Source of the DNA: Bryobacterales bacterium
Lineage (GTDB): Bacteria > Acidobacteriota > Terriglobia > Bryobacterales > UBA6623
Assembly: GCA_963422375.2 (NCBI GenBank)
Contig: OY729427.2
Coordinates: forward strand, 512,001-576,000
Reading direction: 5' to 3'
DNA: 64,000 nucleotides
Shown one piece after another: positions 42,525-52,696 of the stretch (its first letter is position 1; each line of letters starts with the position of its first letter). The position numbers and the translations under genes were made by a program. The notes beneath the pieces were generated by a model. It was not told where the DNA came from. It saw only the letters and a program-made list of their open reading frames with translations, and ran no database searches.

Positions 42525-43912
42525 GGGAATTATATATCTGAGTGCCGACGACGCCATATCCGGCTAGAACTGCTCTGATTGGGGACATCGGCGTCTAGCT
42601 CGGGTCTCTCATGTGCGGCCGAGCTCGGCACTGAAAGGTCGGTTCGTATCTGAATCGCACCTGCAAGCGGATTTCGCGGCGCACGGACTAGAGAGACCGC
42701 CTCGGATGCCCCGGTGGAACCCGGATTGCCGTGGAGAGGCTCCCCTTCCAGGACGGCTGCATCTATGAATCGTCCGGGCTGGACACCGGTCGCGGCGCGG
42801 GATTCCGGATCCGGAGCGCCCTTCGCACCGAGCGTCAAGAGAGGCCGCAGCGAACCGGCTAGGCCGTGCTCGGGCCGCGACCGCGGCCTTGCCGACCAGT
42901 TGCCGGTAGGTCAGCGTCCGGCCGACCAGGCCCCGCGCCGCATCCGTTCCGCCGTGTCGCAGTTGCGGGCGTTGCGCCGTCCCGCGAACTCCGTGAGGTA
43001 GCGGCCCGAATGGCGGACGCTCATCCGGTGATAGGTTCCGTAGAGGCCGCGCTTCAACAGGGACCGGAACGACTCGATGCCGTTCGTACGCGCTGTCCCG
43101 CGCACGTACTCGCCGCCGGAGTGCTTGACGCCCTCGTGCGCGAACTCCGCCATGCCGGCGCAGGCCGCCGCCTCGTCGGAGCGGACCTGCGCGCCCGGCG
43201 CGACCCGGCCGCGCACGAAGCCCTGCAGGTCGCCCTCGGTCGTGCCCGGCAGCGGCCGGGCGGCCGCTGCGTTCGTGGCGCGGTCCCGCGCGCCCGCCAC
43301 GGGGGTCTTGCCGGCCGGCCCGCGCCCGGCGCGGGCCTTCTTGCTCTCGTGCTTGTTGCGCTCCTTGCCGCCGACGTACGTCTCGTCCGCTTCCACCGGG
43401 CCGACGAACAGGTCCCGGTCCCGCTCCCGGCACGCGCGGATGCGGTGCGCCAGGTGCCGGGCCGACTTCCGGCTGATGCCCGGGTCGCGGTGCAGCTTCA
43501 TGCCGGAGACGCCCTTGAGGCCGGTGGTCAGCAGGAACAGGGCCATGGCCCGGACGCGGTAGCCGAGCTTGGTGTCGGCCATCACGCTGCCGGCGCGCAC
43601 GGAAAAGCGCTTGCCGCAACCGCGGCAGCGGGGGCATGCCGGACCGTCCGGCCAGCGCACGGAGGCGAACCACTCTTCCGCGGATTCGTCATCGGGGAAC
43701 ATGGCGATCACTTCGATCAAGGTGATGCCTTTACGAAACCACTTCCCGGGACCCTTCTGCTTCGACTTCTTCAACGAAGACCTCCTATATTGGAACTATT
43801 CTATCAAGAAACTCCACAGACTGTCAACAGATATCCGGAAGACATATCAAATTCCTTTATGGATTGATAATTTGCCAAATCGGTTGCCTCGGCACTCAGA
43901 TATATAATTCCC
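42525..43912 (-). mobile_element. IS1595-family insertion sequence, copy 2 (defective)
   Basis: Same 24-bp TIRs as copy 1; exact 8-bp TSD TTTCGGAA at 42517-42524 and 43913-43920. Confidence 0.95.
42890..43774 (-). pseudogene. IS1595 transposase, degenerate
   Basis: Mostly open ORF (VEADETYVGG, TNGIESF) with a collapsed zinc ribbon, many Trp/Leu/Tyr losses and a 3' frameshift. Confidence 0.88.
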
Positions 43913-44007
43913 TTTCGGAAGCAGCTTTGGCGGCCATCGAGGGCCCAGAAACTGGATCCATGGGCCTGCGCCGCATTCGTGAATAATGCGGGCTAGCCCT
44001 CAGCCGG

Positions 44008-45011
44008 TTGCTCCTGATACTGGCCTTCGACCGGGAGGGCTGGAGCGCGGACCCGACCGCTCGGAATATAGCCGTGGCAACGAAGGGCAAGGGCCCTCGC
44101 GAAGAGATCTGGCAGGAGACCGACTTCCGCGACATTGATCCGTATTCCGAAAATCTGAGGTTGAATGTCGAGCGCGGGCGGCAAGCTTACAGGCGGGACT
44201 TCAGTTTCTCGGCCTCCACGCCTGCCAGGTTCCAAGCGGACACAATTGACCTGCGCGTCGTCGCCCGAACACGAGAAGCGGAATTCCGTCAAGGCAATCA
44301 GGTCATTCGCCATCGCGACTAGAGTCTCCGATACTTGTACCGAGACGCCGTGACACAGATCCAAGGAGTCGATGTCAAACTCGATCACCGATTGAAGTTG
44401 GGCTATGTCATGGATGTCGGAGACGAGGTTCCGAGCGAGATCGAGCAGATGCGAGCCGACTTCACTCTCTTGCAGACCGATGACCCAATCACCGGATCCT
44501 TGAGCGCCTACGGAGCGATAGTAGTCGGCACACGGGCCTACGCCGTGCGTCGGGACCTGATCAGCTACAACGAAGATCTGCTCGAGTACGTTCGCCAAAG
44601 GGCCAACTTGATTGTTCTCTATCAGACGCAGGAGCTCATTCCTAAAAAGTTGGCCCCTTCCCAGCCGATCTTCCGCGGAGAGCCGACGAAGTTTTGGAAG
44701 AGGACTCTCTGGTGCAAATCTTGAATCCTGAACGTGCGGTGTTTCAACGGCCAATCAAGATCATGGCGGCCGATTTCGACAGCTGCGTGGAGCAGAGAGG
44801 CTCCAATTGTTTCTCTAGTTGGGACGACGCTTACATTCCCCTAGTCGAGACGCAAGATCAGGGACAGGAACCACAAAGAGGGGGGTGGCTGACCGCGCGC
44901 TACGGACAGGGGCACTATACATACTTCGCCAACGCCGTTCATCGCCAGTTGCCGTACGGAGTGCCGGGAGCGTATCGGATCTTTGCCAACGTCCTGTCGC
45001 TTGGGCGCTGA
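44008..45011 (+). pseudogene. C-terminal remnant of a large PIG-L/LmbE-type protein
   Basis: GYVMDVGDEVP, AIVVGTRAYAVRRDL, VEQRG, ARYGQGHYTYF and RQLPYGVPGAYRIFAN motifs; stop at 44320-44322, frameshift near 44690; no N-terminus. Confidence 0.75.
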
Positions 45012-45279
45012 CCCGAGCAGCCAAGCCGCCCGAGTATTCCGCGTCATCTTCTCCGCCAACCTGCTGACGGCGCAGGGGTGTCCGACAGACGTGTTGCGGA
45101 CAACCGTCTCGATGTCCCGACATGCGTGATGAGACGGTAACCGACCCGACGGAACGCGACGCTGGTTGCGGAATCAGGGCCTTGCGCGAGCCTTTGCGCG
45201 AGCCTGCTCGCGACTCTCTGGGCGGGGAAGGGGTCTGGAACGCATCGAGCGAGGCGCGACTAATCGTACCGCCTGCGCC

Positions 45280-46917
45280 TCACGAAAGATCCGGGCCGGT
45301 GCCGGAGCGAAATCCCGGCGGCACGCGGTGCCGGGTCGACTGCTCCAAAGCGAAGGCCAATCCCAGCAGCGCCGGCTCGGACCAGGCCGGACCGAAGAAG
45401 GAGACGCCGACGGGCAAGCCGTGCAGCGATCCGCCCGGCACCGTCACGTGAGGGTAGCCGGCCCGGGCCGCGGCCGAGGAACATCCGCGAAACGATGAGC
45501 GGTCTCCATGGACGAGATCCGTGACCCAAGCGGGGCCAGTCGTGGGTGCGAAGAGCGCGTCCAGCGAGTGCTTCGCGACGGTGCCGTCGATGGCCTCGCG
45601 CGCCACGTCCTTGGTCGCGGCCAAGTCTTCCAGATAGGCGGCGTCGGTGAGCGGCCCCTTCGCCTCGGCTAGCTCGAGAATGTCTTGCCCGAAATACGGC
45701 ATCTCGCGATCCCGGTTCTCCTCGTTGAACCGAATCACATCCCGCAGGGCGCGCACTCTGGCACTGGGGCCGAGATCGGCTAGGTACCGGTTGAGGCCCG
45801 CCTTGAATTCGTACAGCATGAGGTCGAATCCCGGCGCGTTCGTCGACGCGATTCCGGGCAGCGCCTCGAGATCAACGAGTGTCGCGCCAGCTTCGCGCAT
45901 GGCGGCGCAGGCGTCGTCGAGCAGCCTGTCAATTCCTCCGTGCGCGCCCCAGTATTCCCGCAGCAAGCCAATGCGTGCCCCGCGCAAAGCGTCGCTGTCA
46001 AGAAATACCGTGTAATCCTCGTGGGACTGGTCGGCGCTGGCCCGCGTCGCAGCGTCCCGCTCGTCCCGGCCGACGAGGGCCCCGAGCATGGCGGCCGCAT
46101 CCGCCACTGTGCGGGCCATCGGCCCGGCGGAGTCTTGGCTGTGCGCGATCGGCACGATTCCCGCCCTGCTGACGAGGCCGACAGTCGGCTTGACACCGAC
46201 GATGCCGTTGATCGACGACGGGCATACGATTGAACCATTGGTCTCTGTCCCTAGAGCGAGCGGGGCGATGCCCGCCGCGACTGCGACGCCGGACCCGGAG
46301 CTCGATCCGCACGGATTGCGCCCGAGGAAGTAGGGATTCAAGGTTAGCCCGCCGCGAGCGCTCCAGCCGCTGGTCGATCGCCTCGACCGGAAGTTGGCCC
46401 ATTCGCTCAGATTGGTCTTGGCAATCAGCACCGCGCCCGCGTCGCGCAGGCGCGCCGCGACCCAAGAGTCTCGAGGAGCGGCGGCACCTTCCAACGCGAG
46501 CGACCCCGCCGTCGTCTGCATTCCGTCGGCAGTAGCGATGTTGTCCTTGAGCATCACTGGAATGCCATGCAGCGGGCCGCGGACCCGGCCGACCTGCCGC
46601 TCGGCGTCGAGACGCGCCGCGACCCTCATCGCGTCCGGATTGATTTCAATGACGGAGTTCAGTACCGGGCCGGCGGAATCAATCTCAGAGATTCGATTCA
46701 GGTACGCCTCGCAGAGAGCTGCGGCGGTCCAGTGGCCCGACTCCAATCCGGCTTGGAGGTCGGCGACCGACATCTCGGCGAATTCGAAGGGAGGGACGGC
46801 CGCTGTGTCCGAGCGAGGTGCCCGGGACGCGCAGGCGTGCAGGCCCGGCACGGCCGAGATTCCTGCAGCCGCGAAGAAATCCCTTCGACGCAGCCTAGTC
46901 GACAGCAGCGCGTTCAT
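45280..46917 (-). CDS. amidase-signature family amidase, Tat-exported
   Basis: RRRDFF leader; GPLHGIPVMLKDNI, GSSSGS and GTETNGSIVCPS motifs. Confidence 0.93.
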   Translation of the reverse strand: MNALLSTRLRRRDFFAAAGISAVPGLHACASRAPRSDTAAVPPFEFAEMSVADLQAGLESGHWTAAALCEAYLNRISEIDSAGPVLNSVIEINPDAMRVAARLDAERQVGRVRGPLHGIPVMLKDNIATADGMQTTAGSLALEGAAAPRDSWVAARLRDAGAVLIAKTNLSEWANFRSRRSTSGWSARGGLTLNPYFLGRNPCGSSSGSGVAVAAGIAPLALGTETNGSIVCPSSINGIVGVKPTVGLVSRAGIVPIAHSQDSAGPMARTVADAAAMLGALVGRDERDAATRASADQSHEDYTVFLDSDALRGARIGLLREYWGAHGGIDRLLDDACAAMREAGATLVDLEALPGIASTNAPGFDLMLYEFKAGLNRYLADLGPSARVRALRDVIRFNEENRDREMPYFGQDILELAEAKGPLTDAAYLEDLAATKDVAREAIDGTVAKHSLDALFAPTTGPAWVTDLVHGDRSSFRGCSSAAARAGYPHVTVPGGSLHGLPVGVSFFGPAWSEPALLGLAFALEQSTRHRVPPGFRSGTGPDLS

Positions 46918-46954
46918 GGGCCTCATCGTATCGCGAGGGTGACGTCGCGGCCTG

Positions 46955-48775
46955 CTATTCGGGCCGTGTCAAGCCGTACGGACGGAAGGCCTCAAACAGG
47001 CGGCCGGCACCGTCCAGACCAACGGCGCGCACGGACAGGGTGGCCGGATACGAACCCGTCAGGGAGCTCGGCACGCTGAAGCGACCTGATTGCGAGGTGC
47101 CGAGCACGCGAGCGCCGCGGCCCGAGCCCGCGACCTCGGCCGTCCAGAGCCAAAGCATGCGGCGGGCGGCGATGGTGTTCCTCGTCAGCGTGGCATTGAA
47201 ATCATGCTCCCTTCCGGCCTGGATCTCACCCGCGTCGGGCAGCTGAATCTCGAATGGGAGGTTCGCGGGCGAGTATTCGATCTCGCGAATCCGCGGCTTG
47301 GTCGACTCTAGGATGAACGACTTGTTGAAGCCCTGCTTCCTGCCCTCGCGCCGGAGGTACAGCACCCAGTCGCTGCTCTCGTCGGGAGTCCGGGAGGTGT
47401 AGCGGTCGCCCTTGAACTTCCTCTTCTGGTCCAGCCATGAACCGTCGGCGGGGTTGTACCAGCTCACCGAGTACTCCTGCTTCGGCATGACCATCTCGAT
47501 GATGCCCGGCTTCTCCGCGTAGACGATGTATTCGATGCCGACCGCTCTTTCCGCCCGGTAGGGGACGCGCTGCAACGCCAGTCCCGACCCGCCGACCACC
47601 CGGTAGTGCGGCTGCAGGTCGAAGTAACGCGACTGCGCGAAGAAACCCCATAGCAACGCAGCTTGGTCGGCACCGGGCGAGTCCGGTTCGACGCCGGTGT
47701 CCGCAAGGGTGACGTAGTGGCCGCGGGTCGCGGCGGTCCATGCTTGGCGGCGAGTGCCGTCGGCGCTCGCACCGGCCCCGACGCCGGTGCTGACGAAGGG
47801 TGCCGGGCGGGTCTCGAACTCTATCGAAGCCAGCGCCGGGTCGACGCGGTTCTGCGTGATGTAGTCCTGCCAGCCGTCCTCGGCTAGAGGGGCCGAGGTA
47901 ACGGTCGCGCCGGTCGACTTGGGGTGAGCGTACGGGTCGTACTTGTCCAATGATCCCGCCAGCTGCCTCGCGAGCCTCCCGCCGGCCTCGTGGCTCTCCC
48001 ACTCGAGCAAGGCCTGCCACGTGACGCTGTAGGCCGCGAAGCGCGCGCAGACGTAGCGGACGTAGTGATCGCGCTGCCGGAGCCGGGGGAAGAGGCGCTC
48101 GAGCTCCGCGCCAGAACTTGCGAGAACCAAGTCCGTGACGATGCCGAGGCCGCTTAGATACGCCACCCTCCGGTCCAATTCCCGGAAGTGCTCGACGAGA
48201 GGGTCTTCGGGGCCCTTAAACACCTCGGCCGCTCGCTCGGGAGGGCCGAGCACGAGCGCGCGCAGATGAGTGAATCCCTGCTCGGCGCGACGGTCGACCA
48301 AGGCCGTGAATCGGTCCCACGGAAGCCCTGCGAGATCCAAGACGCTGGCGCCGAGCCAGTAGTGCGGACTGTTGGTCAGGGGGTACTTGAAGTGCCGGAC
48401 GTTGAATACCTCGATGAAGCCCGGAGTCTCCGGGGCCACAGCCCGAAAGCTCCCTGTCTTTCTGTCGAGCGACTTGATGCCCGAGATGAAGCGGAAGTCC
48501 CAGCGTCCTTCGTAATCCGGGGAGAAACGTAGCACGAACTGTCTGCCGCCGTCCCAATAGGCCGACATGACCTTGGTGCGACCGCCTTTCGGCGACCTGA
48601 ACTCCGCACGCAGTGTCACGCCGGAGTACGGATTCCAATCCTCCGCGACCTCGTCGGCGGGGATCACGACGCGGATCTCGCACGGGCTGTAGACCGCGAC
48701 GGAGTCGCAGGCTTCAAACGCCTGGCCAGCCGCCAAGACCGGCAACATCAACGCTAGAGCCGCAAGCAACCGCAT
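46955..48775 (-). CDS. exported DUF5060/DUF4038-like (apiosidase-like) glycoside hydrolase protein
   Basis: Signal peptide; NPY...F.SP.G....AYWDGG...LRFSP..EG.W, RYVCARFAAY, DPYAHP, WYNPADG and DWVLYL motifs. Confidence 0.75.
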   Translation of the reverse strand: MRLLAALALMLPVLAAGQAFEACDSVAVYSPCEIRVVIPADEVAEDWNPYSGVTLRAEFRSPKGGRTKVMSAYWDGGRQFVLRFSPDYEGRWDFRFISGIKSLDRKTGSFRAVAPETPGFIEVFNVRHFKYPLTNSPHYWLGASVLDLAGLPWDRFTALVDRRAEQGFTHLRALVLGPPERAAEVFKGPEDPLVEHFRELDRRVAYLSGLGIVTDLVLASSGAELERLFPRLRQRDHYVRYVCARFAAYSVTWQALLEWESHEAGGRLARQLAGSLDKYDPYAHPKSTGATVTSAPLAEDGWQDYITQNRVDPALASIEFETRPAPFVSTGVGAGASADGTRRQAWTAATRGHYVTLADTGVEPDSPGADQAALLWGFFAQSRYFDLQPHYRVVGGSGLALQRVPYRAERAVGIEYIVYAEKPGIIEMVMPKQEYSVSWYNPADGSWLDQKRKFKGDRYTSRTPDESSDWVLYLRREGRKQGFNKSFILESTKPRIREIEYSPANLPFEIQLPDAGEIQAGREHDFNATLTRNTIAARRMLWLWTAEVAGSGRGARVLGTSQSGRFSVPSSLTGSYPATLSVRAVGLDGAGRLFEAFRPYGLTRPE

Positions 48776-49917
48776 CTACCAGTGAGCATACTCGCACTAG
48801 GCACGCTGTCACAACGTAGCCTGCTGTCTCGCGGGGGCGTGGCGTGGTCGAGCCGATCGAGTCGCGTCTCGGCTGCGCCTGCGGACCACGCCCCCCTTGC
48901 GGAAGCACCCGCCGCTGTTGAAGGTCGCCTTGATTACGGCCAGGACAGGGGTGCGATGGAAGAACCCCGTGGCAAGTGCTTGCTCGACGGTGCGAGCAGA
49001 GCCGTCGCAATCCCGCCGTGACCGCGCCACGGGAGCCAACCGCCCCCTCCCGGAGTCTCACCGATCAAGTCCGGCTGTCCCTGCAACTGACCCCTTGGAG
49101 GTCGGAGTCGAGTCTCTCGGCGGTCTCATTGAAGGCCTTCGGGCCGTCGCGCCGCGGGGAGTCTTGTACGTGCGGGCAGGGAGCGAGGCGTGCAGCCCGT
49201 GTCGCGCGGGATCATTGGGAGAGCGGGTCAGTCCCCTGACCCGGTGCATCGAGAATCATCCGGGATGCGAGCGGCACGCGCATTGTGAAGGCAGCGTACT
49301 CCACAGATAAGTGTCGGAACTGGCCTCAACAGAGGGCGCAAACGGGAAGAACGACTCATGCGCTCCTCAGTACCGGCACCCGGCGAGCAGCTCGAGGTGT
49401 CGGAGGCCCGTCGGCGTGGGCGCCGCAGGCGGACCGCGCGCCGAGCAGCACCCCGGCGCTGCGCTAGTCCGCTTGACGTCGGCACTCCCTTGGTCACCGC
49501 CGGCGGTGGTAGTCCAGTCCCCAGGAGAGAGACCGAAGGAGTAGCCGCCGCGCTGGAGAAGAATTGCTCCAAGCGGTGTTTCAATGCCGAAGGTACATCC
49601 GCAAGAGAGTACCGTTATTGTCGAGACAGACACTAGTCGTCCACCGTACACCAGAATTCCTTGTCGCGGCTCGCATCTTGCGAGTTTATCAAGCCACCTC
49701 GGCTATCAATATACATCATTTTGAGCCATGGATCTCGCGGTTTATTGCCTTGATATACCGGTGGAGATTTTCCCCGAACTCCATCCACATATTAGGACAC
49801 TGTTCCTCCGATACAGTACACCATATCAGCGTGTATTGTCGTCCTAATAGTACTCCTATAGAATCCTAATAATTGCCTATATTACAACACATATGATTCA
49901 ATATTTGGCGTCATGGA

Positions 49918-51649
49918 CAGCGATTCTCAATTTGGGCATTTGGGGATTTCCAGAGTGTCTGAGAAAGGTGTCGAGGGCAGTCTGGCACTTGACTTTTCCT
50001 TGCGGTCCTTGCGGAATTTGTGAGCTAGGGTGAATGCCCCGTGTCCTGGACTCGCTGCCGAGCGCCTTCCGCGAGACGGCCGCCGGCCTGCCCGACCGGC
50101 GCGAGGGTCGCAGCAACAAGCGCTACGAGGTCAGCGACGCCGCCGGTTGCGCCCTGGTGCGCCCCGGCCTGCTTCTGCACCCGGTGCGAGTCGTTGCTCG
50201 CGTTCCAGCGGCGCATGGAGCGGGACGGCTCCCGCTGCAACTGCCGGACCCTGTTGGGCGCGGGCCGCATCCCCTGCGACAACCGGATCCGCAACTTGCT
50301 CGACGACCTCGACCCGGCCGCGTTCGACCCGCTGTTCCGGCCGTGCCTCGAAACCGTGGCCGCGCAGGGCGCGCTCGAGCCCTTCCAGCGCCTCGACGAG
50401 CGCCTGCCGGCGGCTCCGGACGGCGTCCGGTTCCACCGCTCCGACAGGGTGCATGGCCCGCAGTGCTCGGTGCGGCGCGTCGGCAGCGAGCGCCGGCCGC
50501 ATCACTTCCACGCCATGGCCGTCGGCCACCGCGGTGGCCGACGGCCACGCCACCGTCCTGCCGCTGATGCCCGAGTTCGCGTGCCCGCAGCAGGACCCGG
50601 CCGCGACCCGCGCCGACACGAGCGAGGACGAGCGCAAGCGGGACTGCGAGCGCAACGCCGCCAAGCGCTGGCTCGCCGCTCGCGGCGCCTGGCTGCAGGC
50701 CTGCCGCCCCGTCCTGCCGGGCGACGACCTGCACTGCTGCCAGCCGGTCTGCGAGGCCGCCGCGGCGGCCGGCATGGACTGCATCCGGGTAGGCAAGCCC
50801 GGATCCCGCAAGGGATTGTACGAGGTGCCGGAGAGCCGGCAGGCGAGCGGCGCGGCGCGCTCCACCGGCTGGCTGCCGCGGCGCGGGAAGGGCAAGCGGT
50901 CCGAGCGGCACCGTTTCCGCCGGACGGCCGCGGCGCCCCTGCGCCAGGGCCGCGACGCCCTGCGGGGCACTTGGCTCGAGTACGCCGTGGAGCGCGACGG
51001 CAAGCGCACCTGCGCCAGCAGCTTCTTCACCGGTCTCGCGGTCACCGCGGACAACGCGGAGCGGATCGCGCGGGCCGGCCGGGCGCGCTGGAAGATCGAG
51101 AACGAGGGCTGCAACTGCCTGGCGCGGCACGGCCGCAACTGCAAGCGCAACTTCGGGCACGGCAAGGAAGGGCCGGCCAACGTGCCGGCCGTGCCGAACC
51201 CGTTCGCCTTCGCGCTCCACGCCGTGGTGCAGTGCGTCTGCGCGCTGCGGCAGCAGTGCCGGCGCCAGCCGGTCACGCGCCGCGCCCTGTTCCAGGAGCT
51301 GCAGGTCGCGCTGCGCTGGTTCCGCTTCCCGGACCGGCCGGCGCTGCTGGCGGCGGTGCGCGACGGACGCGCGCCTCCGGGCTGCCAGGCGGCCGGGCAG
51401 CCGGGGCCTGGACTCCGCGCAGTTTCGTGCCGGCAGCGGCCGGCCGTCAAAGCCGGCTACCGCCGGAGTGCGTCCGGTCGCGGGCTCGGCACTCCGCGGA
51501 CCCGCGACGCGGGCCGCGCCACGGCCCTGCCCGCCGTCCGACGCTCCCGCGGGGCGGCCTCGGGAGCGCAACCTCTCGGTCAACTCATTCACCTCATCCT
51601 CCGAAACAACCTTCACGCACCCCCTTGACGGCCAAATTTAGAACCGCTG
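49918..51649 (+). mobile_element. ISNCY-type insertion sequence, copy B (full length, defective; transposase pseudogene about 50034-51430)
   Basis: Imperfect TIR CAGCGATTCTCAATTTGG / CAGCGGTTCTAAATTTGG; DDE-type motif GRARWKIENE...NFGHG; frameshifts near 50158 and 50520; no convincing TSD. Confidence 0.85.
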
Positions 51650-52696
51650 CCCAAGGATTCACTAGGTGGATCTCACCCGGGGCCGGGCTGGGTTCGGGGA
51701 ATGGGATCGAACGGCACTCCCGTGCGATTGGATCGCGCTGGGTCGGTGGGCCTCACGGCCCGAATGGAGGGACGTTCGTGAGTCCCTCCGAGGCGCTCAC
51801 GAGCGATCCGGGCTAGCGCAAGTGCGAGACCCGCCGAGCTCCGACCTTGGAATCGCGGCCCATCAAGGCCGCTTTCGGCTTGACCAGTCCCGTGCGTTGG
51901 CCACGCGAGAGGGCGGGCGCACTGGCAGGCACATCGGCCTGCTGAAAATCTAAAGGGCGGTGCTGCCGACGGCATCCAAGCAGAGTTCGACCGCCGGGCT
52001 GGCCGTTGCCAATTGCGCTTCGAGGTGCAACGGGAGTTGCGCTGGGTACCCTAACGAACCACTACTCAAGGAGGTCGGCCCTGGCTGTCGGATCTTCGCC
52101 AAGGGATCGGCCGGGAGCGAGCCAAGAACAGGAGGGACCGCCGTTCGATTGCCGGCATCCCTGCCCAGCGCTGGCACGAAAGCGGCCGCATCGGAGGGGG
52201 GCCATTCCCGGCAGGTCATGCAGACTTGCCAGCGATCACGAACAGACTCGAGTGCCACGCACAGCGACGGACTGCTGACGCTCGCGCCCCTGGGCGCGAG
52301 CGTCATCCCCGTCCCAGCGCCAGGTGGCGGGCTACAAGCGCGACTGGCCCAGCCAGCGCCCAAGCCGGAGAAGCGGATACGAAAGGGGGCGCTGCAGAGA
52401 CCGGTTTCGGAGCGTCCAGCCAGGTGTGCGTTCCCCTCAGAAGGGAGCTAGGTCGGGATTTCACAGCCAGCAGGCCGACTGCGGTGGTCCGCTCTGTAGC
52501 CCCTTGGAGCGATCCGCTGCGCGACCCTTTAGCGCTTTCACCGGGGAGCGGCCCGCGGCCAGGAGACCCGCATCGCATGGCCCCGGTACCGCGACCGGGT
52601 TTTCTTTCTCCGGATCTGGGGCGCTCGACCACGGAAGCGAGCGTGGTGGCCCCTCCCGCCAAGACCATGTGGGCGGGCCGGTCTACATTTAGGACT

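Larger units (their letters stand above)
40663..43992 (+). mobile_element. IS1380-family insertion sequence (defective) containing a nested IS1595
   Basis: Imperfect 16-bp TIR CCCGGATAATTCATGA / CCCGCATTATTCACGA; CTAG on both sides (40659-40662, 43993-43996). Confidence 0.88.

Noticed and set aside
10660..51649. Diversity-generating retroelement as the cause of the A->G changes
   Set aside because: No reverse transcriptase or TR/VR pair is present. Changes affect both A and T on the coding strand and go almost only to G/C, unlike DGR A->N.
49910..51657. Target-site duplication for ISNCY copy B
   Set aside because: Flanks GTCATGGA/CCCAAGGA match at only 5 of 8 positions.
51700..52690. ORFs upstream of tilS and the long N-terminal extension of the tilS ORF
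   Set aside because: No motifs or coding-like bias; TilS similarity begins near 52697, directly after a -10 box.
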